This document shows, one piece after another, positions 27,293-47,141 of a stretch of DNA of 64,000 nt (the stretch's first letter is position 1; each line of letters starts with the position of its first letter). A program made the position numbers and the translations under genes. The notes under the pieces were generated by a model. That model had not been told where the DNA came from. It saw only the letters and a program-made list of their open reading frames with translations, and ran no database searches. Origin of the DNA: Takakia lepidozioides (taxonomy: Eukaryota; Plantae; Bryophyta); assembly GCA_030704615.1 (NCBI GenBank), contig CM060731.1, forward strand, positions 14,942,001-15,006,000, in the 5' to 3' direction.

Positions 27293-29049
27293 TCACAATG
27301 TGCACCTCCTCCACGTGACACTATAAGGCTCTAGTACTAATCTAATAGTGACACGGGTGGGCACCTGTTGCAGTCTAAGGGTCATATCCCAATGGCTCAG
27401 GGCACCTGCACCTGCATCCACCGCAAGAACTCCTATGGTTGGCTGGTCATCAACCCAGCCTCACCAAGAAGAAACACTGGTGGTCTTGCTGGTCATCACT
27501 CCAGCCTCACCACCGACAGCATACTCTAGGATTGACCGGTGATCAAATCCGGCCTAATCCCTATGAAAGCAAGCGCCCACACAAAACCAACATGGCGCAC
27601 AGTCAAGCATGCAGGTGTTGGGGGGGATCCAAACACAAGAAATCAAAACATCAACACCCCCACACCAAAATCCAGCAGCAACGCTGATCCTGCAGAATAT
27701 CCCAGCCCAAAACCCCGGACTGACTGGCCTCCACCAAGAGAGGCTTTGGCAACTACAAGTACAAGGTAATGAAAATAGTACAGAGATGGGGGGAAGAATA
27801 GAAGCCGCCCAAGCAAGATCTAATCCTGATCTATGCTATCAACTTCCAGACTTCTCTCAAAGTGCCTCGCTCTGCATGATGGTAAGGTGTAGGAGGTATA
27901 TCTATGTCCAGAAACCTGCCACTAACTTGTCCCAAGCTACAGTAGCTCGCTCTAACCAACCCTCCTCCTCTTTCTGCCAGGTAGAGACAAAGCAACACTC
28001 TGCTATCTCCCGCTCACTGAACACTAAAGAAAACAAAGGTAGGGTCTGATAGTCTCTCAACTCGAAAGCTTTGAGACGGTTGCGGGTGTCCTTCATTGCG
28101 AATGACTGCATCGCCTTCAAACAGAACAAACTTGTCATTGCTAATGAACCCCCGCTCGTGGTTGCCTTGTGCAGAGCGGTCCGCTGCAACACTGTCTAAT
28201 TGCACAAACTTGTGCAGCTCCTGCTCCTCTGCTCCAGTACACCACGGCCTTGTGGCTGAACACCTTGGTCCCCGGGGCTGTTTGGCTGTGTTCCAAGCCT
28301 AGCTTTCACCCACTTTGGTATTTCACCTACAGCTGCAGAACTGCTGGCTCCAACAGAGTTCTGACTGTCCAAGGCGATATTGAGGCCCTCAATGCCAACT
28401 ACAGCAGTCTGTTGTCTACTGCTAATGCCTGACTCCCAGTATGCAATCAACTCGTCCAACTGTTCTCCACTCAAATCAGTCTGAGTTCCTTGGGAAACAT
28501 AAATCGTGTCCCCTTGTGTGCACAGCTAAGAGAAGAGACCTGCCCTTCAATTACGTCCTCATTTCCCCCAGCCATGCAAGAGTACATCCACCAATTTGTC
28601 TCTCATATAGACCAGCACAGGTTCTAGAGACAGATTGTGGATCTTTTGATGGCACACTCACACTCTAAAAATTCCATAGATTTTTAGCAGAGTCCCCAAA
28701 ACAGAAACCTGCATCCAGCCGTCCTCAACATAGCGTCCCACTCCCTCTGGGCCTTGCCATCACACCACCAGCTGCCATCGACATATCCTCCGCAGCCGGC
28801 GACGCCCTTACAGTGGAAGCACACCTCGCCAATGCCAACAGAAATATGGGCAGACCACCATTACTCTCTCTTCTACCACACCATTGCGACTGGAGATGTG
28901 AGATGAACTCAAGCTAGAGCCGTTCTATGCTCCTTGCTTGAGCTGCGTACAAGACCATGACCATCTATATTATAATAGTGCTTAAAAAAACAAAAACATC
29001 ATATCTAGCTTAGCACTGGAAAACTAGATAGTGCTCATCTCTCTCGAGT

Positions 29050-29404
29050 GATAACCAAACTAGATAAGGACACACACTCTCAACACAAGAAATATGCAAT
29101 CCCTCAACATCACTCTTTAAGATAATAGTCGAGCCAGGGGCACCCCAAGCTATGGGACTCACCCCACAAACAACCTACACTCCCATCATAAGCACACTCA
29201 GATCTGAAGAATGCAGGAGCTCGGTCGCGCAGGCTCAACTCGAGAGAGAGGAGCTGCGCGACTGCCGCTCTCGTGAAGATAAGACGGACCAGGTGTCAAA
29301 CTAAACTTGACACCTGATTTAACACTTGACCTAAATCCAAGTGTTAAATACAAATAACTAGTTTTATGCTAGCTGTTTTCACACTGTGCTTATTTAACTT
29401 GACA
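29050..29404 (-). repeat. G1 5' terminal repeat (A only)
   Basis: Near-identical to 19381-19729. Ends TTGACA on +, followed by the TSD. Confidence 0.95.
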
Positions 29405-29654
29405 ACTATTACAAATGGATACACACTCTGAAAAAAAACCATCTTGGAAGAAGAACTGAATCAGTGAGAAGGTGGCTGCCAAAGCGATTATTAATGATGG
29501 TGAGGAAGATTATCTTGATTGGAATAAGTTCAAATTGTTCCACAAGTTTATAGAAGGAGAGCTACTATACAAGAGTACCTATGCTCAGCAAAACCACAAA
29601 TTGGTATGAGTTTATACACTAGAGTTGGGTATGTCAATATAGATCTCCCACCTC

Positions 29655-29975
29655 TGTTGGATGATGAGGCATTGGAAGCGATAATGGATGCAATTGAGAG
29701 TGGAAACATGAACATATGCAAAGCTGCACAACATTGGAAAATTCTTTTTTTAATCTTTGAACGATCATTTGACAGGTAAGACTAGACATCGGAAACTAGT
29801 GCAACAGTACTCTCAAAGGAAGAGGAGGCTATGGTGGTGGCACGGATACTGAAGATGCAAGACACTGACCACTCAGTTACAGTTCAACAACTGAAATTGA
29901 AGGTGGGGGAATTAACTCAAATAAGAGACACCATTTTCTGATGGTGTCCCAAGAAATTCTTGGTGGCATTCTACA
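29655..29975 (+). pseudogene. Degenerate pogo/Tigger-type transposase N-terminus (HTH-psq plus CENP-B HTH)
   Basis: Across frameshifts: DEALEAIMDAIESGNMNICKAAQHWKI..LNDHLTGK..VLSKEEEAMVVARILKMQ..VTVQQLKLKVGELTQ..FSDGVP.NSWW. Confidence 0.75.
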
Positions 29976-30207
29976 ACTTGGTTGTCGAATGGAAAAGATA
30001 ATGAGAGTGGGGGAATTCTCGTCGATCATATATCACATATGTGATAGTATGGATGAGGTGCAAATGGAAACATACTCTTATTTACACTAACTTCGGTTGG
30101 CGTTCTCTCTCATAGTATGGATGAGGGATGAAAACCTCTCTACATAAACCTTGGGGAAGGATTTTAACTTAATGTTTCTTCAAAGTGAATACCACAGTCA
30201 TTCTAAA

Positions 30208-30352
30208 GTAAAAGGTATGACACCTCCGCAAGGAGGTTGGATCACAGCAGGATGGTGGATAACTTTGTGACACCAATTGTGGATTGACCACCGCGACCAC
30301 TTCCAATAAAGTTTGTGCCCATTGCCAGTGGTGGATAACCAGCGGATATAGA
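30208..30352 (-). repeat. Dispersed repeat of about 145 bp; a paralogue at 47005-47141 + 52081-52090 is split by element G4
   Basis: Shared GGTTATCCAC..TGGCAATGGGCACAAACTT..TGGAAGTGGT..AATTGGTGTCACAAAGTTATCCACCATCCT..GGAGGTGTCATACCTT. Confidence 0.85.
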
Positions 30353-31667
30353 GGATCAAGCACCCTGGGAAAGTTATGGCTCCAGTCAACTCGGCTCTGA
30401 ACCTTCTATTGCGGGTTCCGCTCGGATTGTCCGTGAAATCGGGATTTCCCTTGTCTGCGTTGTTGGTACTTCTATTTCCATTTCCCACAAAAGGTGTTAA
30501 GGGGCAGTTGTTTCACCTCTTTCTTATCTCGCTTGTCTAGCTGCCTCCGGAGAATTATCGACATGATCTGAAACCAGTCCATGTTTTGCCGCAAAGATGT
30601 TTAATTTTCCCTAGCCTTGCAGACGCTGGTCATGACATGTTTTATTGGGTGATACCCAAGCCTATGAGGGTAAGTTATTGTATGTCGTAGTTTGTTGTAT
30701 CTCCTTCATGTTGTCGTGCGCATACATATCGCTACACAACTACATCGCTGTCCAAAACCACACAACACATGTGCACACCACACACTAGTATACCACTAGT
30801 CTACCACTAGTCCAGGTCCAACCACTAGGCTACAACTAGTCAGTCACTAGGCTGCCACTACGCTGCCCACTATGGCAGTCACTAGTCCACACAATGATAA
30901 AGAAGAAGAATACAAGCACAAGCTCATGCGAGCTCACAAAGCTGAAGCATAAACTCATGCATATATAACCTCATCACTCAAATACAAGTCAAGCCAAGTG
31001 CACCCCACGCCATGGGGAATCCACACTACGGCGCCATAGCTAGGCGCGGTGAGGCTCAACTCGAGAAAGATGAGCCTCCCGCGCTTGCCGTGAAGATAAC
31101 CACTCCAGGGCCTAAATCTGCCTTGACCCCTGGATTGACACTTGGGCCAATCCCAAATGTCAATATGTAAAAGCTAGCTATTTCCTAGCTAGTTTCACAC
31201 TAGTGGTAAAATAACTTGACAGCTGTCGTGCGCATACATATCGCTACACAACTACATCGCTGTCCAAAACCACACAACACATGTGCACACCACACACTAG
31301 TATACCACTAGCCACTAGTCCAGCCACTAGTCCAACCACTAGGCTACAACTAGTCAGTCACTAGGCTGCCACTACGCTGCCCACTATGGCAGTCACTAGT
31401 CCACACAATCGCCCCCCTAGCTGGTGCTTAGGTCCCTCTAAGTCCAGGTAGCCACAAGATGTGATAGTGACCATAGCCTCACTAAGTCCTCCACCACTAT
31501 CCCTACTACACTCAAACTCGATAGATCAAGAGGCCGGGTGCAAGAGTTGCCCCATCGTTAGTCGCCGTCTTGCAACCTGTGAACTTGAGCTTGGGATCTC
31601 ATGTATTGACTCCTATGAGCTTGGCCTCCCATGTCTTGTTAGCTGCCTCCAGTCATGTCCACTGCCA

Positions 31668-38950
<7,283 letters not shown>

Positions 38951-39631
38951 GACACTCAACCGGTCATGAACATGTCCCTAACCCCTCTCACAAGGTAACC
39001 GAGAACCTGTTGCGGCTTATGGTTTGGAATACTAAGTTCCTAACATAGCCTACACCTGTACCTGCATCCACCGCAAGCACTCCTATGGTGGCTGGTCATC
39101 ACCCCAGCCTCACCATCGACAGCATGCTCTAGGACTGGCCGGTGATCAAATCCGGACCAATCACCTATAAAAACAAGCGCCCACACAAAACTAGCATGGC
39201 GCACAGTCAAGCATGCAGGTATGGAGGGGATCCAAACACAAGAAATCAGACGACAACTCCCCCCACCAAAAACAACTCCACGGTGTTGCTCCTGCAAGGA
39301 CACCCCAGCCCAAACCCGGACTGACTCTTGCCTCCACCTACGGAAAGGTCTTGGCCTAATGAGAGGGTGGAAACTACGAGGAAGAGAAGCTAAAGCAATG
39401 CCTAACCCCAGCATGCCCTCATCCCAACACTCTTCCTCTCCTCTCCCTCACTTGCATGACCATGGGAATATCATGAAGATACTCCTCAAACCGCCCTCCA
39501 CGAGCTTCAAAATTCGGCCTTCCAGACCACATGCCAGTCCTTAGGCAGTCCACCAGTGCCTCCACGAGTCAGCACAGGCCGTCCACAGGTCAACACGGGC
39601 CACACCAGCACAGGCCCACACAGCTCACTTC

Positions 39632-40168
39632 CACAGGGCACAGCCTGTCACAGCCCCTCACAGCCCGTCACAGCCCCAAAGGCCCAGGCACGCCTGTCAC
39701 AGCCCCTCACAGCCCGTCACAGCCCCAAAGGCCATGGGCACGGCCTGTCACAGCCCCTCACAGCCCGTCACAGCCTCAAAGGCCATGGGCACAGCCTGTC
39801 ACAGCTCGCCACAAGCCTGTCACAGCCCGTCACAGCCGCACAGGCCTCAGGCACAGCCTGTCACAGCCCGCACAGCCCGTCACAGCCCCAAAGGCCACTG
39901 GGCACAGCCTGTCACAGCCTGACACAGCCCGTCACAGCCCCACAGGGCACAGGGCACAGCCTGTCACAGCCCATCACAGCCCATCACAGGTCACAGCTTG
40001 CCACAGCCTGTCACAGCCCGTCACAGCCCCACAGGCCACAGGGCACAGCCTGTCACAGCCCCTCAAGCCCGTCACAGCCTCAAAGGCCTCAGGCACGGCC
40101 TATCACAGCCTGACACAGCCCGTCACAGCCCCACAGGGCACAGGGCACAGCCTGTCACAGCCCATCAC
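39632..40168. repeat. Minisatellite of 9-10 bp CACAGCC(T/C)GT units with a roughly 50-bp higher-order period, in the G2 5' internal region
   Basis: Dozens of CACAGCCTGT / CACAGCCCGT / CACAGCCCCT units. Confidence 0.95.
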
Positions 40169-40664
40169 ATGGCCGCTCTGGCAGTTTAGCCATTTCTCCA
40201 AGGGGTTAGCCACGCCAAGCTAGGGTTGTGTGTCTCTGGACTCTAGGCTTCTTTCCACCGAGCTATGGTGGCTGTGAGGAAATCAGCAAGGTATCCTTGC
40301 TCTTTCGGCTCCCACACACCACCATAGTAGCCCCAAGCCATGAGGTGGTTGCCACAACCAAGCCTTCTTTCTCACTTAGCCTCCCCAAACACGCCACTAA
40401 ACTCAATGGCAAACAACCAAGCCCTGCTGGTTCCCAGCCCTTGTGAGCACTCATTCAAGCACTCCCCTCATTGGCCATAGCATCTGTCTTAGAGCCTATT
40501 CCAGCCCTCTACACCTGTTGCTTCAAGAGTTGCGCTCCCTTCAAGCTTGAAGTTGAAACCCCAACTCACATAGGCCCTACAAGTGCTTTCTTTCACTCCA
40601 AGTGGAAACCAGCCCTAGACCTTCCGTTCTAGCTCTCTAAGGCTTGAAAACAAGAGCCTCAATG

Positions 40665-41000
40665 GGCTGAAGGCATGCTCCACACATGCCCCACTCTCAC
40701 CATAAGAGAATCAGCTCCTTTGCTTCATTTCTTGCACCCACAAACCTGATAATACAAGCTTCAGCAGGCTGAAAGCATGCTCTACATGCCCTACAGGGAA
40801 ACCAGCCCCTTCCTTCCTTTCTTGCACTCCCACACCTAAAAGTGCAAGCCTTCACCAGGCTGATAGCATGCTCCACACATACATTGCCCTCACATAAGGG
40901 AAGTCAGCCCTTCCCTCTTCCTTGCTTGCCCTCCAAGCTTGAAGATGGAAGCTTCAATGAGCTGAATACATGCTCCACACATGCAACCTCTTCACACAAG
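40665..41000. repeat. Four diverged tandem units of about 95-100 bp in the G2 5' internal region
   Basis: GCTGA..(G/A)CATGCTC(C/T)ACA..CAGCCC recurs near 40669, 40771, 40862 and 40964. Confidence 0.7.
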
Positions 41001-44000
41001 AGATATCAGCCCCCTATCTTGGCTCCTTGGCTCCTTGATGCTCTCTCTATGACAAGACTAAGCACTCCATAGCCTTTGCCAAGCTCCTGAAACCCTAAGG
41101 CTTACATTTCCAGCCACAAGACACTTCTCTTGTGGTGCAAGAACTCTTCTTCCAAGCTCTGAAACCTAGGTGCACATTCCATGGCCTTGCCGCACCTCTT
41201 AGCTCCTGATCCAGCCCTGCTCTTGCCATGACAAGAGCCCTCTCAATGCTGAAGCTCGAGATTGAAACCCAATCTCACCATACTCCACAAAGTGCACTGA
41301 TTTGCCCCAAGCAAAATCAGCCCTTTCGCTTGGTCTTGCAATCCTTCACACAATGAAAGCTCGCATTCCCAAGTCCAGTTCTCAGCTTTGCCACCAAAGC
41401 CACTATAACCTGCTCTTGACTGGTCCTCTTCCCAATCGTGCTTGCTCATGCATGTACACAATCTGGAACCATCAAGGTGCTCTGGAATTACCTGCAGCAT
41501 GGTGCTTTCATCTCTGAAGCTGAAGATCGAATGCCAAGGTCTACCACCTCGTAACCCACATCGCCTCCGCTTCTAACAACTAAGAGCTCCACGGTGCTCC
41601 TTGCATAACAACTTGGTTTCTCTCATTCTCAAGCAAAAACCACAAGTGCTACAACTAACTCGTATCTGGCACTCACAGATACGAGCTGATCTTTCTCGAG
41701 TGATAAAGAAGAAGAATACAAGCACAAGCTCATGCGAGCTCACAAAGCTGAAGCATAAACTCATGCATATATAACCTCATCACTCAAATACAAGTCAAGC
41801 CAAGTGCACCCCACGCCATGGGGAATCCACACTACGGCGCCATAGCTAGGCGCGGTGAGGCTCAACTCGAGAAAGATGAGCCTCCCGCGCTTGCCGTGAA
41901 GATAACCACTCCAGGGCCTAAATCTGCCTTGACCCCTGGATTGACACTTGGGCCAATCCCAAATGTCAATATGTAAAAGCTAGCTATTTCCTAGCTAGTT
42001 TCACACTAGTGGTAAAATAACTTGACAATGTTGTTAATTTGCATCATATTTTATTTGTTTGTAATATTATGTGGTTTGTTTGTAAGATGTTTTAGAAACT
42101 AACATTGCAGTGTGATTTGCAGTCCCAATTGGCATGGGTTGGGCAGATTGGTCCAACCCCTTTTGCATGCAGGCGACCCGGATTATGCTTTGATGTGCCC
42201 AGAAGACTAGTGAAGGATTGGCCATCAATAGCGTACATCCCCAATCCCAAAGATTGTTGGGATGACAATACCATCTTGGAGTACACATAGCTATGTGAAT
42301 CTATGTTGACAATCCGACTTGCTGTCTCTTATGATCCATTGCTGAATTCCACCGATTCTTCACACGACGATGATTTGTTCGTCGCGCCTCCACGCGGAGT
42401 TGCTGCCATCCGTAATTTTGTGCTCTATTATCAACGTGAGCTTTATGTCAGAAAGCCAATCTTCTCAATCACTAGATGTGGGATGAAGCAACATATTGCC
42501 CATGATGGATTGATCCGTGGAGTTTCACGATCAAATCAACGATGAAATCAATCATTGACATGAATATGAATATTCCGAGGAATTAGATACGAGGGAATTG
42601 GAAAAATATCTAGTATGCTGCACAAGTAATACATAATATGTCATAAGCTCATTTGAGGCATTTTAATCAACCATCTTACATAACATTTGGTTCTTAAAAG
42701 AGACAAAGAGTCTAGCCTAAAATAAGAGATTGTTTAATTCTTCTAACTAGACTTTCTTTAGCTTCCCATGGCTTCTCAATGGGTGAGGCGCCTTTGGGTG
42801 GTTCACTGTACCTTCTGGTTCGCGCCTTTCCAGAGGAGATTTGTGTTTTGTCGATTAGAAGACGTAACTCTTCCAATGGAAATCTTAGTTGAAAGTGTCC
42901 AATTCCCGAAAGTGGGCGGATCCTAAAACGAGTGTTGTTTGACTAATCATAGCTGGAAAGAGATGACTTTTTGATGTGGAAACGTGGTCGGAAGTAGTCT
43001 GAAAGGGAGTTTGAAGAAATTTCTGCCCTTTACAACTTTACTGTGACAATGATGGGCTACTTGGAATACTGTCAGCAAAGCTTGAAACATGTTGATACAA
43101 TGAGTTGCAAAATTTGTCTTGCTGGTGCTACAGCCTTGACGCCTGGGGTTCAAGTTATTGATTGGCATGCAATTTTAGAACTACACCCTTGTTTGCAAGA
43201 GGATCTGCACAGCTGTTTGCCTGAAATGGCCATAGGGGATTTGCTGGCAACCTTTTGGAGACGTTAGCACTCTAGACTATGGTCATATATCTGTGAAGAA
43301 CCTACAGCTTCACTATGGGGTGACGTCAACTGATCTCTAGCCAATCTTGCCTCAGCATCACACAACATTCTCCCTCTAGGATTTGCACGGATCCGACGAT
43401 AATCATGTTACAGGTTCATTTAATGTCAGTGTAAGGGTTGGCTTTGGCATCATACCAGGAAGCAAAATGTTGATTCTTTGCCGATGTAACCCTCTATGTT
43501 ATACAGAGGTGACACATGTGGTTGCACTCTCAGTCAAACCGTCCTGAGAAATGGCTAGAGAGGTGAACTTAAATATGTCATGGGAAAGACAAAGATAGAA
43601 ACAGTTTGATGACGACAAGGGCCCATGGAACAAAGTAGAAAAACGAATTTAAATTTGTGGGAAGGCCAAAGCACCCAAGAGACATAAGAACAAGAACCCA
43701 TGAACCACACAAGAAACAAATGGTAGTACGAACAACTAAGCGTTGTGTGAAGGCAAAATGCCTCAGAAAGACAGTAAGAAAGAAAATCTGCAATGTCGTG
43801 TGTGTTTGTAACAGTGCACAAAGTCCACATTACTGGACATCAGAAGAAGTGAAGAATAAAGAATGAAGTTGGGAACAAGCGGAAGTGGTGGTTGGACTAG
43901 CTCCAACCAACGTCTTCTAGTTGTGCATGCCCATGTGTATGCAAAGATTCTGAGAATTTATAATATGTCCTTGTCAACATCTGTTGATGTTGGTAATACT

Positions 44001-45119
44001 CAACCAGTACTACAAACTGTAGTTTTGGCAACGTGTCTGAGAGAGGTATGACAATGGACAATCCAAGTTACACCGTTGGCAACTTAGTTCTTAACTAAAA
44101 GTTCCACAAGGAGAGTGAGCCTTCAACGGCCATAGTGACCCCATTCCATCTCCTCTTTTTTATCCAGTTTTTGTGCTCTGCCCAATCTGGTTGAAGAGTC
44201 TATTGTCAGAAGGCCAAGGCATGCAAAGTCCTGTCTGCAGTCTTACAAGAGGCAAGTACATAACTCTCTCTGTGCTCATCTCCTTGGTAATGTGGCATGA
44301 TTAGCTTGAGCAGGGAAGTTGTGGTCAGATTGGAACTATTAGCTACCATCTACCATACTCGCAATAATTCCTTTTAACTATTGAGGTAAATGCAGCTTTC
44401 AGAAGGGGGAACGGTGCGGTGGATGAATCATTCAACCTTGGAGAGCATCTGGCCAGTCTTCCTGGAAAGCTTCGCCTCCCAAATTATCTTGTTCCCTATT
44501 TCCCCATGGTTTTTGAACAAATACAAACCCTTGACTGTGGTATGAAGTTATTTAAGAGTTTGAAGGCAGTCTCCTTTATGTCGAGGTGCATCATTTGAAT
44601 CTGGGATTTGGTGGAGAGGTGGACGTGCATTTCCAAGGCAGCACCAATTGTTAGTCTTGTTACGTTTCTTGCTGTCATTGTAAATTCAATTGCAGCTGGG
44701 AATCCCAGCCTCGTCTTTTGGTGGTGTTTGATGCTAGATCCGCATCAGCTTGCTTAAAAATAAATCCTTGAATCGTTGAAGGCGTCATCTAATGGTTTCA
44801 GTAACAATAAATCATTCCTTGGTGAGTCTTAAGTCTTTCATCCCAAGTAGCATTGGAGCATAATGTCTCATGGAATACCCAATCAGGTGCGTTGTTGTTA
44901 TGTCTTTTTGAGTAAATAATTGATTGGTCACCATGCAACGAATATACCGTGTCCAATCTTGGTTCGGATCCACTGGGTAGTGAGCGGTCATAGAGCGTTC
45001 TACCCTATTGGAATCCTCCCGTTGTTGCATATGGTTGACATGCAACAAACCCCAGAGAGGCACCTATAGAGAGTAGTCTCCCATCTATAAATCCCTCTTT
45101 TTGCTATAATATAAGGCGG

Positions 45120-45121
<2 letters not shown>

Positions 45122-45150
<29 letters not shown>
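45122..45150. repeat. (TA)n microsatellite
   Basis: About 14 TA units. Shorter runs at about 2412-2428 and 60895-60912. Confidence 0.95.
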
Positions 45151-45153
<3 letters not shown>

Positions 45154-45391
45154 GCCTCCCACATTAGAAACGTAAATTAGGATGTCATCTTGAGGGACTA
45201 CCTACGTATGACTATGACTACTGCCTTTTTGTAGGAAAGTGGACACGTTGAACCCTAGATCACCTTATAATGTACAGGCAAGGCAATAGAAATCCCAACC
45301 ACCGGGCTACCTACTCTAGTGGTAAGAAGGGTATATAGCATGGCTTTGTGTTGCTCCACACTATAAATGTGGTGGCTTCTTCAGGGTTTAA

Positions 45392-46025
45392 CCCTTAAAC
45401 GCCCGCGAGGCCGAAACTGGGCCTCGAAAGATTTTTCAGGAGCCATAACTTTTTCATATCTTGATCAAATTTTGCAAAATCAGGGCCATGGATTTTCTCC
45501 CATCGTCTAGTTTGCAGATGGGAACCCTGAAAGCCCTAATTCCTGATTAGCTAGTTGCAATTGCGATTTTTCTGGAGGGGGGTATGTGGCAAAGCTTGGA
45601 GGTTCCCGCGTTGTGGTTGTGCACGCTCCAGTTGGTCTGACACCCCTGCTTTGACCAACCACCAGCAGATGTACACTTGGCCAATTTGAGCACTTTTTGG
45701 CTTGTTGGATGTAGGATGCGGTGGGGATGACCAGTGAGATGCATCAGCCCAATCGAGTTCCATCCCGTCATCCAAATTTCAGGAAAACCACTTACAATTT
45801 TATTTTTATTTTTTTTGCCCCGAAAAATGCACCCCACAAGCAGGGCGTTTTTCTGATTTCCATCCGATTGGCCTGGATTTTGGCAGGTGTATGCAGGGGG
45901 TAATTAGGAAGATAATGTCCGGTCAAATTTTCAAAATCCCTTCTTTCCCGGAAATTACAGGGTTTTTTCACCCCAGGGGTACTGATTTTGGGAAAAGTCA
46001 AACTTACCCAGTGGGCGTTTTAGGG
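45392..46025. mobile_element. Non-autonomous piggyBac-like element
   Basis: TTAA|CCCTTAAACGCCC ... GGGCGTTTTAGGG|TTAA. TIRs match 12/13, with CCC/GGG ends and TTAA on both sides. Confidence 0.75.
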
Positions 46026-47141
46026 TTAACGACATCATAAATTACACTTCCTTAGGCAAGAGTGTTTTTCTTTTTAACATACATCTATCTATTAAAATTT
46101 GTTGATGTGTATTTGTAATATATTAATAGATCTAAATTTTCAAAAAGAGCAAGAATGAAGTATTAAGAGTTTTGGCATTAATCATTGTCCTATTTATAAC
46201 ATATTTATTGCTATTGTAATTTGTTGCACAGACTATACATTTGTGCAACGATTTTAGATTCAAAATGTATATCAGTCACATTTGTTATTGGCTTTGTAAA
46301 TAAACAAAAGAACAAAAAAATATTTGACGCTATCCATTTCATCCTACTATGCTGACTCATGAGCATTTAAATTGATTCTTCATGTCCAATCATGTGTGGT
46401 TAAAAAAACAAAAACTTAGACTTACTTTTCTAACTTATTTTAACAGTATATGGATAAATAAAGTAGTATTTAGAGCAGTAATGATTAGAGCAGATTTTTA
46501 CAAAAACAATCTTTTTGCATTATTTCATTTTATTTCCTTGGTTTTTGGTCTGGAAATTCGAGCAGCTTCAGAACAAAGATGAAGATGACATTGAGGCTGC
46601 CAATGATTGATTAGAATGATTGTTTGAAATGATTCAATTTTCTTAATGGAAATTCCGGTAGAGTTTAAAACAAACGGCGATTATATGGAGGCTGCCGATA
46701 AAAATGATTACTTTGGAGTTATTCGATTTCTTTTGGGCAATTTGGGTAGCTTAAAAAAGGATGGTGATGATGTGGCACTATGGCACCATATTTCCGCTCT
46801 CCGATAAAACTAGTCTCCGACTTTTCAGATTTCACTAAAATTACATTGCAATGGACGTACAGAAGTGGTGGGACCTTTCCACTATCTTAGGTTTAAGACA
46901 TTGTGTACAAAGGATTGGGACCAATGTTGGGTACAAAGGATATCCGCCGGGTATTGACGAGTATTGGCCGGATATCCGCCAGGTGTATAGAATATTTCTT
47001 TCACATTGTCATAACCCTTGGTTATCCACTAGTGGCAATGGGCACAAACTTCCTTGGAAGTGGTTGTGGGTTCAATCCACCAATTGGTGTCACAAAGTTA
47101 TCCACCATCCTACTGTAATTAAGCTTCCTTGGGAGGTGTCA

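Larger units (their letters stand above)
19294..29404 (-). mobile_element. G1: full-length Ty3/Gypsy-type retrotransposon with DNA methyltransferase, PHD finger and split direct repeats
   Basis: TG..CA termini. 4-bp TSD ACTA (19290-19293, 29405-29408). Repeat A at 29050-29404 and 19381-19729; repeat B at 19732-19817 and 19294-19380. PPT CTAGGGGGGCG on - at 19818-19828. Confidence 0.95.

Noticed and set aside
39531-40223. Long + strand ORFs (230 and 185 aa) with repetitive SQPVTA peptides
   Set aside because: They arise from a stop-free minisatellite, antisense to the element. The array is also not CRISPR, as it has no unique spacers.
44400-45000. Possible kinase-like relic (HLIGYS.., LTIGAA..MMHLDIK) on -
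   Set aside because: No DFG or APE motifs and many stops; the similarity is too weak to call.
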